From the NCBI RefSeq assembly GCF_006345805.1, contig NC_043007.1, positions 72,664,001-72,728,000 on the forward strand: a DNA stretch of 64,000 nt, in the 5' to 3' direction. Under the pieces are notes generated by a model that did no database searches, was not told the DNA's origin, and saw only the letters and a program-made list of their open reading frames with translations. Shown one piece after another: positions 39,335 to 53,085 of the stretch. The DNA is from Octopus sinensis (lineage: Eukaryota). The translations under genes and the position numbers were made by a program. Numbering within the stretch: position 1 is the first letter of the stretch; each line of letters starts with the position of its first letter.

Positions 39335-39452
39335 TATAACTTCGATTTTGAGATTTATCCTGTAAGAAAGAATAGAATATATTTGGTTCATCTTTACTCG
39401 TTGCCGAAATCTGGAAACAATTATCTTCCTGCTCGGAAAGTTGATACATTCT
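39335..39452 (+). CDS. IL17R-like exon (YNFDFEIYPVRKNRIYLVHLYSLPKSGNNYLPARKVDTF)
   Basis: tttgcag acceptor, GTAAGG donor, phase 0-1; matches the F..V.P...Y.V.V..LP end of the first IL17R FN3-like domain. Confidence 0.85.
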
Positions 39453-40724
39453 GTAAGGAACCTGAAATTATTATTTATTTATTTAAAATCTTGGAGGAAA
39501 TTGGTGGTGGTATCATCATCATCATCATCTTCACCACCATCACCACCATAACAACAATCATAGATCTGCTGCCTTGATCTTGTTAGAAGGAATTTCTGTC
39601 TCTTAGACAGGCTAGGAACCATTTTACATCATGTCTCATTTGGTTTTTGACATGGTTTCATTGCTCTTCCGAATGCCAACAACTTTGTAGAATATACTGG
39701 TACCTTTTATCATAGTACCAACACTAAGCAGGTTATCACATCTTTGGTAAGACTAAAGAATGACCTGTATGCTCTCTATATTTACTCCAGACATCGTGAC
39801 CAAGAAAAGAGAGATAACAGAGACAGAACCAGGGTAAGGGAGTAAAAGAAAAGTAAGATGGAAGCAGAGTGATATAAGAGAGAGAGAGGGGGGGCATGAA
39901 ACATGATGTAATGGAAAAGAGATAGTGATAAGCATTTACATTGTGGTTATTGGTAAGGAGGTTGAATAGAAAAATATGAATGGCATGATAGAGAAAACAA
40001 GCGTGATAGGCAGGAGACAGTTTCTGTTCTTTCACTATATTAACCCACATAGGTGGTCTTAAAGAGTGATAGGATGGAGAGTGAGTGATAAGTGAGAGGA
40101 TAATGAAAAGAAATGCAATAAGAGGGAAATTTATAAAAATAATGGAGAAGAGATCTAAACACATGTTATACAACCATGCCACCTTATTGTCCAGTTTGCT
40201 CTGCTTTTATGGATGGTTGCATTGGTCTTCCTCAACATTATAAGTTACTGCTCATTATAGTTTTTTGTTGTCTTTTTCATGAGATTCTACCTCTTTAGAT
40301 CAGTGTTCACCTCTTTGTTCCATGTCATTCTTAGTCTAAGCCTAATTTCCTTCACAAACATCAGATTACATGGGATTCCATTCCCTTTGACCCCTAGGTA
40401 CTTCTTTATACAACTGACATCTTTCATATGCATCACATATCCATAGCAGTACAGTTTTCTCTCTTACACAGAACAATTTGTATCCAGCTTTGCTCTCAGC
40501 TCATTTATGCTTTGTTTGTCATGCACACTAAACATTACGCATACATTGGAGCATGCTTATTTTTTTTTTTTCTACCCTTTGCAAACCTTTTGCATTCAAG
40601 CCCTACATAACTTGGAAGCTGACTGGAAGTTTCTAAAAGGCAATACACTGGGGGATACAAACCTTATATGTGGCTATCTGCTAGAATCCTGTACCAGCCA
40701 CAGATCTGGCATGGTGGAATATAT

Positions 40725-41225
40725 TTCTTTACTACCCACAAGGGGCTAAACACAGAGGGGACAAACAAGGACAGACAAAGGGATTAAGTCGATTACATCG
40801 ACCCCAGTGCGTAACTGGTACTTAATTTAGGTTTACACATGCCCAACTACAACATTCTAACTTGCTACCAAACACCATCTTTGAAAGAGACTGCAATACC
40901 TATAACTCAGCCTGTTACAGAAAACATACAAACAGTAACACAATAATAATCTTCATAATTAAAGTCCCTTTTACTTCCTGAGCAACCTATACCAATTTCT
41001 TTATTACCCACAAGGGGCTAAACACAGAGGGGACAAACAAGGACAGACATAGGTATTAAGTCGATTACATCGACCCCAGTGCGTAACTGGTACTTAATTT
41101 ATCGACCCCGAAAGGATGAAAGGCAAAGTCAACCTTGGCGGAATTTGAACTCGGAATGTAACGCAGACGAAATACAGCTACGCATTTCACCCGGCGTGCT
41201 AACGTTTCTGCCAGCTCGCTGCCTT
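40725..41225 (-). mobile_element. Nested SINE family B copies; the 40828-41225 unit carries a 170-bp 3' extension
   Basis: 40828-41225 matches 9144-9541, including the non-SINE flank. Confidence 0.85.
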
Positions 41226-41469
41226 ATTGGTGATGTGGTGGAATAGTACTGTAGATAGAATCATGAAATGTAACAAATAGTCTTAGATAGACTGAAAGAA
41301 AGATGGCAGCACAAAAGAATATCAGGTAGCTTGAGGAGAAGTTAGATATCAGGTATACTAAGCAAAGGAAGAAGTAAAAATTAAGAGGTTTGCACATGGT
41401 CCAAGTTGTGAAGATATGACATGTGAGATGTTCCACATTGCAAGGCAGCGTACTAGAGCGAATGGTCAC

Positions 41470-44180
41470 CATCATCATCATTTAATGTCCGTTGTCCATG
41501 CTGGCATGGGCTGGATGGTTTGGCCAGGGCTGGCATTCTGGAAGACAGCACCAGATGCCAATCTGATTTGGCATGGTTTCTACAGCTGGCTACCCTTCCT
41601 AACACCAACCACTCTGATAGTGTAATGTGTTCTTTTATGTGCCACCAATATGGGTGCTATTTGCTTGATACCAGTATCTGTTATGACTATGATTTTACTT
41701 GGCTTGACGGGTCTTCTTAGGCACAGCATAGTGCCAATAATTGCCTCTGTGAGGCTCAGCACTCGAAAGGTGCTTTTCATCTGCCACCAGCATTGGCCAC
41801 CTTACCTCCATGAGGCCCAACACTCAGTTACATTACACCAGCATCAACCACAACTACAATTTCATGTTGCCAAAGGTCTTGGTCACTAGTTATTGCCTCC
41901 ATGAAGCCCAAAGTTCGAAGATCCTGCTTCACCACTTCATCCCATGTCTTCCTAGGTCTACTTCTACCACAAGTTCCCTCTACAGTTAAAGATTGGCACT
42001 TCTTTACACAGCTGTCCTCATCCATATGCATCACATGACCATACCAGCACAGTTATCTCTCTTGCACACCACATCTGATGCCTGTTGTGCCCAGCTTTTC
42101 TCTCAAGGTGCTTACACTCTGCTGTACATGCACACTGACATTGCACATGCAGCAAAACACTGGTTTCATTTCTTTCAAGTCTACGCATGTCCTTAGCTGT
42201 CACAGCCCATGTTTCACTGCTGTGTAGCATAGCTGTTCACATACTGGCATCATGCAGTCTGCCTTTCACTCTGAGGGAGAAGCCTTTGTTGCCAACAGAG
42301 GTAGGAGCTCTCTGAACTTTGCCCAGCCTATTATTCTCATGCAGCTACAATCTTGGAGCATCCACCTCCACTACTAACTTGGTCACCTAGATAATGGATA
42401 CTATCTACTACCTCTAGCTTACCCTGCTGACAATTGATGGAGTTTATTTTCTGTATATTTTTAGTGTTTATTATATCTGTAAATTTTCCACATACAAAAT
42501 GTATTTTCCCTGTTAACCTTCCTCAGATATTACTGCACCTCTTATATATCCATAGCTTACACCGAGTACATCTTATGGAGTTTCTACTTATGCCTTTTCT
42601 ACAGATCGAGCAGGGCCATGTACCTGAAGGTATTTGTGATTTGTTTGCCTTCAGTTTTGTTAGGTTAACTTCAAGGCCTTTCAATTCTAGACCTTGCTTC
42701 CATACTTGAAATTTCTTCTAGTTCTAGTAGTGATTCAGCTATAAGAACAAGATCATCAGCATAGAGGTGTGCCTAGGGGCAGCCTGTCTTAAATTCTTCT
42801 ATTATTGCCTCAAGGACTCTGATGAACAAGAGGGGGCTAAGGACTGATCCCTGGTGAACCCTTACTTCTACCTGGAAATTTTTGTTGTACTCATTACCAA
42901 CCCTCACTTTACTGACAACGTCTCTGTGCATGGCTTGTGCAGCTCTCACCAACCACTTGTCTATCCCTAGTTTCAATATTGACCACCAAATAAGGGATCA
43001 GGGGACCTTGTCAAAGGCTTTCTCCATGTCAACAAAAGCCAAATACAGAGGTTTATCTTTGGCTAGGAACATCTCCTGCAGCTATCTTACCAGAAATATA
43101 GAATCAATGGTGCTTTTTCCCGGCACAAAGCCAAACTACATTTCAACTAGACTAATTCTCTCCCTAATTAGTTGGGCTGTTACCCTCTCTGTAACTTTCA
43201 TCATCTGATCCAACAATTTGATACCTCTAATTATTTCTATCTAAGGCATCACCTTTACCTTTGTGGCAGTTGACTATGATGCTGCTATACCAGCATGACT
43301 CCTTCGTGTACCACCTGATTTATAATACAGGTGACTAGACCATAACCCACACCACCAGATATTTTAAGCATCCCAGAAGTGACTCCTGATGGGCCAGGGG
43401 CTTTCCCTGTCTTCATATCCTTAATTGCTTTATCAACCAAGGTACTGTTGATTTGGATAGCTGGTCCCTTAGTTGGGTCAACATTTGGCAGACCCTCCTC
43501 CTCCCATTCACTCTCCATATTCAGCAATCCTTCATAATGGCATTTTCAAGCCTCTTTCTTTGCAGAATCATTAAATGCAAGTGCACTATCATCCATGCAG
43601 ACACTTTTCTCTCCTATATCATCACAATTTTCTCTTGCACTCTGTCTCACAATCCGAAAAACTTCAAGGCTTTAGTCCTCACATAACTGAACATAAGCAG
43701 ACTTCTTTTCTGCTTCTTCCCTGGCTTGAAATATCTATCTCCGAGCTGCCCTTCTGGCTATCTGATACAGTTCCCCACTACCCCCACTCATCCAGGCCTG
43801 TTTCTTTGCTCTAATGGCCATGTCTACAGCATTGTTCCACAACCACATCACCCTAGTTCTAGATAGGACTTTGCACCAGGCACAGATTTGATCTGTGGCA
43901 CTCAGCAAGCTGTCCTGCAGGAATTCCCATTTTCCCTCTATGTTACAAGTCTGTAGCTCTTTCTCCCTCTCATCAAATTTCTCAATTAGGATGTCCATAA
44001 ATCTCTGACCATATGAAGGGTCTTTAAGCTTCTAAATCCTTCTTTTCCAGATTGGTCTACTTCTTGGTATCCTTCTGGCTTGGAGTCTTAAGTCACTAAT
44101 GCCTAGTCTATGCTGGGGGATGCATTCTTCACCAGGAAGGGTCTTTCTATTTAGAAGCAACCATGCATTCCATTGTCTCT
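41470..44180 (-). mobile_element. Decayed RTE LINE (APE C-terminus, RT and 3' UTR)
   Basis: KAPGPSG, VRVHQGSVLSPLLF, LHSSETW and GRSRPRKTWDEVVKQDL, followed by the 3' UTR and a (GAT)n tail. Confidence 0.88.
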
Positions 44181-44184
44181 CTTC

Positions 44185-44376
44185 TTTTTCTCTCTTACTT
44201 GTTTCAGTTATTTGACTGTGGCCATGCTGGAGCACCGCCTTTAGTCGATCAAATCGACCCCAGGACTTATTCTTTGTAAGCCTAGTACTTATTCTATCGG
44301 TCTCATTTGCCAAACCGCTAAGTTAAGGGGACGTAAACACACCAGCATCGGTTGTCTGGCGATGTTGGGGATACAA

Positions 44377-44409
<33 letters not shown>

Positions 44410-44560
44410 AATATATACGATGGGCTTCGTTCAGTTTCTGTCTACCAAATCCACTCACAAGGCTTTGGTTGGCCTGAGGCTATAGTAGAAGACACTTGCC
44501 CAAGGTGTCACACAGTGGGACTGAACCCAGAACCATGTAGTTTGTAAGCAAACTACTTAC
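44185..44560 (-). mobile_element. SINE family A
   Basis: Reverse complement of the family A consensus. Confidence 0.85.
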
Positions 44561-45864
44561 TTATTTAAGACTGGCTGTTCATGCCACTTCCTGTATGTTT
44601 TGATGGTTCTTAGCAGCTGGAGATAGATAAAAAAAAATTCCAGAAAGAGAAGCAAAAATCTGGTATTGAAAAGTCTGAAAGTAAACTTGGTAAAAGACTA
44701 AAGTTTTAGCAAGTAGGAAATACACTCTGATACCATCAAGAAAATGACTGTATTTGATATGCAGAAAAAGAATAGGTAGAAATTTCATATAGCACACCCA
44801 ATGTAAACTATGGAGATAAAATAGGTGCACTTCATATGCACAGGAGAAGTCTGCAGTTAGAGCTTATGTAATATAATGTCTTTTAAGTGCTCAGAAAACC
44901 TCTTAGTTGATAGCTATTGTTACCTAGTTGACCTGATTTGTTGTGTAAATGGGTTTTCCAAAAGCATAGAAGCTGTAGGAAGAATGAGGAGGTAAACATT
45001 GTCATTGATGATAATGTTGAAATGAAAGGTTAAAAATTATTTGTTTGTTTCTCTATTTTATTATTGATATGTAGCTGGAGTATATATGTCGCCAGTATTT
45101 CTCTCTCTCTCTCTCTTTCGGAGAGGCACAAGCACCTACACGCACATATACACACACGGCAGTAACTTCCGCCTGCCGAATTCAATCACAAAGCTTCGGT
45201 CGGCTTGGGGCTATAGCAAAAGACACCTGCCCAAAGTGCCACGCAGTGGGTCTGAACCCGAAACCATATAGCTAGGAAGCAAGCTCCCTAACCACACAGC
45301 CATGCCCACGCGTATTGGTTTCAAATTTTGCTGCAAAGTCTGCAAGTTTGGGGGAAGGAGTAAGTCAATTATAATGACCTCAGTACTCAACTGGTACATT
45401 TTTTAAAATCAGAATTCTGCCAGTTCACCTCCTTATGTAGCCAGTAATATTGGTATTCACATGTATTTACTAAAATTGATGTATATTCTATGGAAGAGCA
45501 TTGAAGCTGATTTCTTAACTCCTGTCTAATTGCACAGAATTATATTAATAGGAAGAAAGACTTTCTGCTGTTAATGATTCTAAACATTCACAGACATTTC
45601 TGCTGCAAGTTTTTGACATTTGAGAGAACATGGTAATCTTTAATGTTAAAGATGAGATTCAGCAATAAAGGTATTGAAACTTGTTGGTGGGAATGTCTCT
45701 TGTAATATTGTGGGAACAAAATTCATTCAGATAATGACATGAAAACTGTAACTTTAAATATTTTCTTTTCTGCTTGAATTTAGTCAACCTTGGCCTACTT
45801 TAACAACATTTACTATTTGTGTAATGTTTATGTTCACATGAATGTTTTCCCTTTACTTTTGCAG

Positions 45865-46028
45865 TGTGTCGTGAATGGACGACTTTAATAGATTATAGAC
45901 TAAAAGAGGACAAGTTAATTGTGGATTTTGAACAAGGACCTTCAAAATGTAATATAAAATTGTATAAAGTAGCACTTCATTATATGAATTCAACCATTTT
46001 ATATATGGTGACTGTCAATTCTTCCAAG
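45865..46028 (+). CDS. IL17R-like exon (CREWTTLIDYRLKEDKLIVDFEQGPSKCNIKLYKVALHYMNSTILYMVTVNSSK)
   Basis: ttttgcag acceptor, AAG|GTTTGT donor (alternative ATG|GTGACT at 46007), phase 1-0; start of the second FN3-like domain. Confidence 0.82.
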
Positions 46029-46334
46029 GTTTGTCAAATTTCACCCTTTCAGTGATTTTAATATTTTTCTAATCCTCAATAATAAATAAAGAAAACGTTT
46101 CTTCTTTTTCAAGTCTTTATTTCCCTATCTTGATTCTTATCCATTTAATTTTAAATAAAACTTATTCCTTTGCATTGTTTTACTGATTTATCCTGGTAAA
46201 TTATTTTTGACTATATTGATGTTAGTTATTTTGTAATAACTGTACTTAATGTAACTTTGCTTCAGTACTGTCCATTGTCTTGTACTTTACACAGTTTTGT
46301 TATTTTCAGTAAATTGCAGCCACAAAACTAAGCA

Positions 46335-49123
46335 CAGTGGTACTTTAACTTACGAGTGTCCCAACTAACGTGTTTTTAGAGATATGAGCTATCTCTCGGC
46401 TAATCTTTTTGCTTTGAGTTGCGAGCTAAAATTCAGGTTATGAGCCAACTTCAGGTACCCCACCGCTAGTTGGCATAGCAAACACGACAGTGAATGCCGT
46501 AACATCCACCCAGCATCCCGTGTCTCACTCACTAGCTAGACAGATATGCATGTTAGCATGTGCAAAGTTCATTAGTAGACCGATAGCTAGACAGACACTC
46601 ACGTTAGCAAGTGCAAAGATTGTTAGTGGGTCATTAGCTAGATGGGTTTTAAAATGCTTACTTAGTTGTTGCAGGCTACAGAAGTATCAGTGATGCTCAC
46701 AATTGTGCTTACAGTTATTTTGCAAAACTTTGTTTTCCAAACCATGGGTCTGAAAAAGTGAGTGCAAAGGACAGTAGTGAGAAGTGGATGATGTGCATTG
46801 AATTAAAGAAAGAAATTATCAAAAGACATGACTAAGGTGTGCATGTATTGACATGGCGAAGCAGTACAAGCATAGCATTTCTATGATCTGCACCATACTG
46901 AAGCAGAAGGAGTCGATAAAGGCTATAACGCCAGTCAAGGGCATTAAAATAATTTCTAAAAAGCTAACATCTATCCATGAAGATATGGAGAAGCTGCTGA
47001 TGGTGTGGTTGACAGAGAAGCAGCTTGCAGGCGATACCATGATGGAGGGTATAATCTGCAAGAATGCACAAGCTATTTACATTGATTTGCTGCTGCAGAC
47101 CCCAAGCACTTGTATGGATGAGGTTTCAGGTGAGCCATTTAAAGGTAGTAGGGGCTGGTTTGAGAATTTTAAAAAGGGGACCAGCATTCACTCCCTGTTC
47201 AGGCGTGGTGAGGTAGCGAGAGTGGATATAAAGGTAGCTGAGGATTACCTCAAAACTTTTGCTGGAAATATAGTAGTCGAAGGATACATCCCCCAGCAAG
47301 TCTTCAACTGTGATGAGACAGGACTTTTTTTGGAAGAAGATGCCAAGGATGACTTATATAACGGCAGAGGAGAAGCAGATGCGAGGCCACAAACCCATGA
47401 AAGATTGGCTAACCCTTGCATTGTGCACCAATGCAAGCAGCGACTGCAAGATTAAGCCACTGCTCATTTATTGTTTGCAAAACCCCAGAACCATTAAGTC
47501 ACATAAAATTCTGAAAGAAAAACTGCAGGTTATGTGGAAGGTAAATCTAAGGGTGTGGGTCACCAGGTAGTTCTCTGTGGAATGGGTGAATTTGGTCTTT
47601 GATCCTGGCACTAAGAAATATCTCCAGGAAAATAACCGACCCCTGCAAGCCCTTCTTGCCCTGGACAATGCAACTGCTCACCCACTTAACCTCGAAGATG
47701 ACATCCTTGAAAGGTTCAAGTTTAAGAAAGTTCTTTACCTTCCACCCAACACCACCCTTATCCTGCAGCCCATGGACCAGCAGGAGATTTCTAATTTCAA
47801 GAAATTCTTCACCAAGCACCTCTTCTGCTGCCGCTTTGAGGTGATAGAGAGCAAAGACCTCCCCCTTCGAAAGTTCTGGAAGGACCACTATAACATCGTG
47901 ATATGCCTCAGAACTAACGATCTGGCCTGGCAGGGTGTTACAAAGAGGATCTTGACCTCTGTGTGGCAGAAGCTGTGGCCTGAGGTTGTGTCTGAAATGG
48001 ACTTTGAAAGACTTGAACCCAAAGCGGCAGAAGTGAAGGAGATTGTATCCCTTGGCAAGTCCATGGGCCTCGATATGGATGAAGGTGACTTCAATGAGCT
48101 CATTGAGGAGCTCTTCAAGGAACTGACAATGAAAGGGCTAAAGGAACTAAAGATACAGCAGCACACAGAAGTTTTGCAGGAAATAGATGATGCAGAGGAG
48201 ACAGAGGAAGTTATCTCTACAAATGCGATAAAGGAAATCTTGAGAATGTGTGAGAAACTTTCAGATTATATTCAAAAGAAATGCCCTGAAAATGTTGCAT
48301 TTGGGTGTGCAACAGTGTTGCAGGAGTGGCTGTGTGGTAAGTAGCTTGTTTACCAACCACATGGTTCCGGGTTCAGTCCCACTGTGTGGCACCTTGGGCA
48401 AGTGTCTTCTACTATAGCCTCGGGCCGACCAAAGCCTTGTGAGTGGATTTGGTAGACGGAAACTGAAAGAAGCCCGTTGTATATATGTATATATATATAT
48501 ATATATGCGTGTGTGTGTTTGTGTGTCTGTGTTTGTCCCCTTAGCATTGCTTGACAACCGATGCTGGTGTGTTTATGTCCCCGTTACTTAGCGGTTCAGC
48601 AAAAGAGACCGATAGAATAAGTACTGAAACAAGTAAAAGAGTAAAGAGAGTGTTATTTAATGACACTTGCCTAACTCATTTTTGAAACATTCTGAAAGTG
48701 AGGATGAAACAAACCTTATTGGAGAGGTTTTTATCGAAAACTCCTGCAGATGAAAGTGAGGAAATATGGTGAAAAAGGCAAAAATGAGTGAATAAGATTC
48801 AGTTATTCAGTTCAGCCTTTCTCCTCTACCTCTGTCAGTATCCTCCAAGTAGTCTGATCTCCAAAGTAAATGTTGTACATGATACTTAATAAAATCAGTT
48901 TATTACAGTACATGCTATTGTATTGTTTTTTATACAATAATCATTATTTATAAGTACATATTTTGTATTTAAAAACATGTTACAAAAACAATTGTTGTGG
49001 TTTTTGGGGGGCCTGGAAAGGATTAATAGCATTTCAATGGGGAAATTTGATTTGACATACGAGTAATTTGAGTTATGAGCCCTGTCACGGAATGAATTAA
49101 ACTTGTAAGTCAAGGTACCACTG
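46335..49123 (+). mobile_element. pogo/Tigger-like transposon (CENP-B HTH and DDE_1 remnants), frameshifted
   Basis: TIR CAGTGGTAC.TT.ACTTAC.AG at both ends; FKGSRGWFENFKK, QVFNCDETGLF, LDNATAHP and LPPNTTLILQPMDQ. Confidence 0.9.
48320..48648 (+). mobile_element. SINE family A inserted in the pogo element (TSD AGTGTT)
   Basis: AGTGTT at 48314-48319 and 48649-48654; internal deletion between two ACTG microhomologies. Confidence 0.88.
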
Positions 49124-49507
49124 TATTTAAATTGCCTTTCTATTTTTTCTATCAGATCTAGTTCTGGCTTTAAAACAAAACAAAGAAAATTAGTTTGTGG
49201 CTATTTTGTTTTACATGATGTAATTATGTAAAGAATAATTCTTTTGGGCATATCAATACTATTGCTAAAACAAATTTTTTTTTTCTACTATTAAATGAAT
49301 AATAATTTTTGTTTTGACTAAAAATTAATTTTAACCATTGAATTCGGTAAAATATAAATCATTTTACCAAATTTAATGGCACCAGAATAATTGGTGTATC
49401 TATAAATTCTATTTTATAGTTACACCAGGTTTCAAAGATATCTCTGAGAATTATAGATTTACTTTGAAAAATGTTCAGAGCCAAATTTACAAATTTTTTT
49501 TTTTCAG

Positions 49508-49567
49508 ACATCCTCAACACTAACCCATGAATTTCTTGGAATATGTCCTGGAAGCTACTACATAACT
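49508..49567 (+). CDS. IL17R-like exon (TSSTLTHEFLGICPGSYYIT)
   Basis: poly-T-cag acceptor, GTAAGT donor, 60 nt, phase 0-0. Confidence 0.82.
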
Positions 49568-49909
49568 GTAAGTTATTCTCCATATTGGTCTTCGTTTACT
49601 ACATTTTGTTAAATTTTGACATTTAAAAAGAATTCTGTTAATTTGGATAATTGCATAAATTATTGTTGAATGTGTTCCCTGAGTTTCATTCTCGTGGAAT
49701 TTTTCACTTCTTCCATATTTTCAGATTCTCAGGACTTACCACTAGCTATGTAATTTTAAAAAAAATTTGTCTTTTCCATGACAAACACTTCTACACATAC
49801 TTGCATGTCTACTGCTATCAGTCTTTACCAAACTAGGGACTTTCTTTCTTTTCTAGACTTCACATTAGTTGTATTAGTTCACTTGACTTTTCATTACTGT
49901 TTTATAGTG

Positions 49910-50120
49910 TTAACTGGCAGAAACGTTAGTGTGCCGGGCGAAATGCATAGCCGTATTTCATCTGCCGTTACGTTCTGGGTTCAAATTCCGCCGAGGTCAA
50001 CTTTGCCTTTCAGCCTTTCGGGGTCGATAAAGTAAGTACCAGTTACGCACTGGGGTCGATGTAATCGACTTAATCCGTTTGTCTGTCCTTGTTTGTCCCC
50101 TCTGTGGGTAGTAAAGAAAT
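49910..50120 (+). mobile_element. SINE family B
   Basis: ctggcagaaacgttag...gggttcaaattccgccgagg. Confidence 0.85.
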
Positions 50121-50358
50121 ATATTTCTAAATTTCTTCTTTCACAGGCTCCTAAACACCTCGCCCATTTTTTTTCTTTCCTTCTCAACCACTTACATTTT
50201 CTCTCTCCTCCTTTGCTTTTCTGATGAAGAACTCACATCTAAAATGTCAACTCTTTCTCTTCCTTCATTTCAGTGTCAAACTAATACAATACTTATTAAA
50301 ACTTGTCTCTCTTTTGTTGTCTTTTTGTTTGGGTTGGGGTTGTTCATTACCTTTCCAA

Positions 50359-50392
<34 letters not shown>

Positions 50393-50726
50393 TTGAATTT
50401 TATCTTAGTACCTCTTGTCACTTGATATGTGATTACCAAATCTGTAAACTGGAAAGGGTGTTATTCTCTATTCTTTAAATTAGATTTATTTCAGGTACTG
50501 TTCAAATAATAAATTCTTTGAAATGGGTGTATGGCAATAAGTTTGCTTCCCATCCACATACTTGTAGGTTTAGTTCTACTGTGTGGCACCTTGGCCAAAT
50601 ATCTTCTATAGTCCAGGGCTGACCAAAGCCTTTTAATTTAGGCTGGTAGATAAAAATTGAAAAAAAGTCCTCTGTGTGTGTGTGTGTGTGTGTGTATGTG
50701 TTACTGTCTCTATTGTTTGATACCTA

Positions 50727-50950
50727 TTTCTTTATTACCCACAAGGGGCTAAACATAGAGAGGACAAACAAGGACAGACATAGGTATTAAGTCGATTACA
50801 TCGATCCCAGTACGTAACTGGTACTTAATTTATCGACCCCGAAAGGATGAAAGGCAAAGTCGACCTCGGCGGAATTTGAACTCACAACATAACGGCAGAC
50901 GAAATATCGCTAAGCATTTCACCCGGCGTGCTAACGTTTCTGCCAGCTTG
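50727..50950 (-). mobile_element. SINE family B
   Basis: Homologous to 9311-9541. Confidence 0.85.
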
Positions 50951-51349
50951 CCATTGATACCATCCTGCAGTGTCCTTCATTTTCAGTAGTTTGTGAAAAC
51001 ATGTCTGGCCATGGGAAAATCTTACCTTACTTGGAAACAGGTGAGGGTTGTTGACAGGAAGGGCATCTGGCCATAGAAAATCTGCTTTGAAAAATTTTGT
51101 CCACTCCATGCAATAATGGATGTTAAGATGATTATGATGATCTATATTTTATTTAAACTTTTGTTGTCTTGGCATTAACAAAAAACTTATTCTTTTGCAA
51201 AAGTGGGAATGAAAGACTAATTGTGATTGGTATTTGATTGGGATGATACAAACGTAATAGTATTAAAAATATTGAGTCCTCTCTTGAAGTTTATTAAAAT
51301 ATTTATTCAGTTGATGTTTTTACTCTTTTTTAAAATTTTCTTTTTTTAG

Positions 51350-51452
51350 GTTGAAATATTTGATGAAAGTCCCTTTTCCAACTGTATTTGTGTAAACCTT
51401 AATCAAAAATGTGGTGAAGGCTGTGTTCGGACCAAAACCAAAGTCATTGAAA
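51350..51452 (+). CDS. IL17R-like exon (VEIFDESPFSNCICVNLNQKCGEGCVRTKTKVIE)
   Basis: tttttag acceptor, GTAAGC donor, phase 0-1; C-x-C-x6-C-x3-C-x-RT cysteine cluster at the ectodomain end. Confidence 0.85.
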
Positions 51453-51602
51453 GTAAGCAAAACTAAAACAATGCCAAAGAAAAAACATTATTAAAATGCA
51501 GATTATGTATTGTGCCTTTTGCATAAAATGTTTGGAAATCAGCCACAAAGGTTAATGGGGGAGGGGTAAATATAGGGTCTGATGGAGTTTCAGAGTAATG
51601 TA

Positions 51603-52841
51603 TTAGGTCATCCCACAAATAATGCAGTTTTTTTTTTATACTTCTTTGATTTTTCCAGATTAAGATAGTATTCTTTTACTCTCAAATATACCCTCCTTCA
51701 TTTTCTACAATGCTCTTCCATCTATCTGGTAAACTTGCGAGGCCCCTCTTCCAAAATTCACTTATCTGTGATGAAAGTACTTCTCCAGCACTGTTCTGAC
51801 TTTGTTTACAGAATTCATTTTTTCCATCCAAATGATTTTGAAGACTGCGGAATAAATGATAATCAGATGGAGCAATGTCCGGCGAATATGATGGGTGGGG
51901 CATCATTTCCCACTGAAACTGCTCCAGCCTTTCTGTACATGGCTGAGTATTATCCTAATGGAAGAATACCTTTCGTCTTGAAACCAAAGATGGTCATTTT
52001 TCTTCTAGCACTGACTTAAGCCACTGAAGCTGCTCACAGTAGATCTTTATTGTTTCGTATGGGTTTAAAAGTTCAAAGTGGCCTAAACCTTTCATATCCC
52101 ACAAAACATAACAGCACCTTATGTGAGTGAAGACTTTCTTTTGCCTGGGGTGCTGGTGTTTCTCCTTACCCACTCTCTTTGGCGCTGGACAATTTTATAG
52201 AGAACCACTCACTATTCAGTCCAAAAAAGGTCCATTCGTGAGATGTGACAGCAAAGAAGAGCACACATTCACTCTCTGTACACAGTTTGACTTGGAGAGT
52301 TTGTGTGGAACCCATTGACTCAATTTGCTAACTTTTCCGATGGCATACAGGTCTCAATGAATGGTTGAATGACCAAATCCAAGCTTCTCTGCTAGTTCCT
52401 CAACAGTTACAATCGGATTTTATTCCACCAGGGTTTGCAGGACATCCTCATCGAGCTCAACAGACCTTCCTGGATGAGGCTTGTCTTCTAGGCTGTAGTT
52501 TATGCCTTGGAATTTCTGGAACCACCATTGACACTAGCTTATGATTATTGTCTGATCCCCATATACTGCATTAATATTCCTCACATTTTCCATTGCATTG
52601 TTGCCTTTATTGAACTCATAAAGCAAAATATGCTGAATATGCCCCTTTGTCACTTCCATTATAACTTTGAAAAAATAAATGTTAAAATCGAACTGCATTC
52701 TTCAAAACTTGTACTAAGAATAAGTACAAGGTAAAATTACTACCTGCTTTTATAGCAAGTTGATGCAAAGAATTTATCGTGTACCCCTCCGACTTTTAGT
52801 TCATGCAATTGAAAAACCACATTATTTATGGGATGACCCAA
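51603..52841 (-). mobile_element. Mariner transposon, decayed
   Basis: TIR TT(A/G)GGTCATCCCA.AAATAATG with TA TSDs; PHPSYSPDIAPSDYHLFRSLQN. Confidence 0.87.
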
Positions 52842-52964
52842 TAGTTTGTATGATGGTGGTAGTCATGAGTAAGGTACTTAATGGACTTTGGGGGAATAAG
52901 ACAGTATATGTAATGAGAGGAATTAGGGATGATAGGTAGCCAGCCATTAGAGCCAGTAAGGTGG

Positions 52965-53085
52965 TAGCTAGCTAGCCAGTTGGTGGTGGGTAGATAGCCA
53001 GCCAGTTGAGAGTTGGTGGGTAGATAGCTAGCCAGTTGGAGGTGGTGGGTAAATAGCCAGTGGAGAATGGTGTGTAACTAGCTAC
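52965..53085. repeat. Short degenerate tandem repeat (~28-31 bp, gatagccagccagttg..ggtgg)
   Basis: Three to four imperfect units seen directly. Confidence 0.7.

Noticed and set aside
49157-49220. Acceptor-like tttctatcag as an additional receptor exon
   Set aside because: There is an immediate stop in the required phase 0; the exon at 49508 fits without it.
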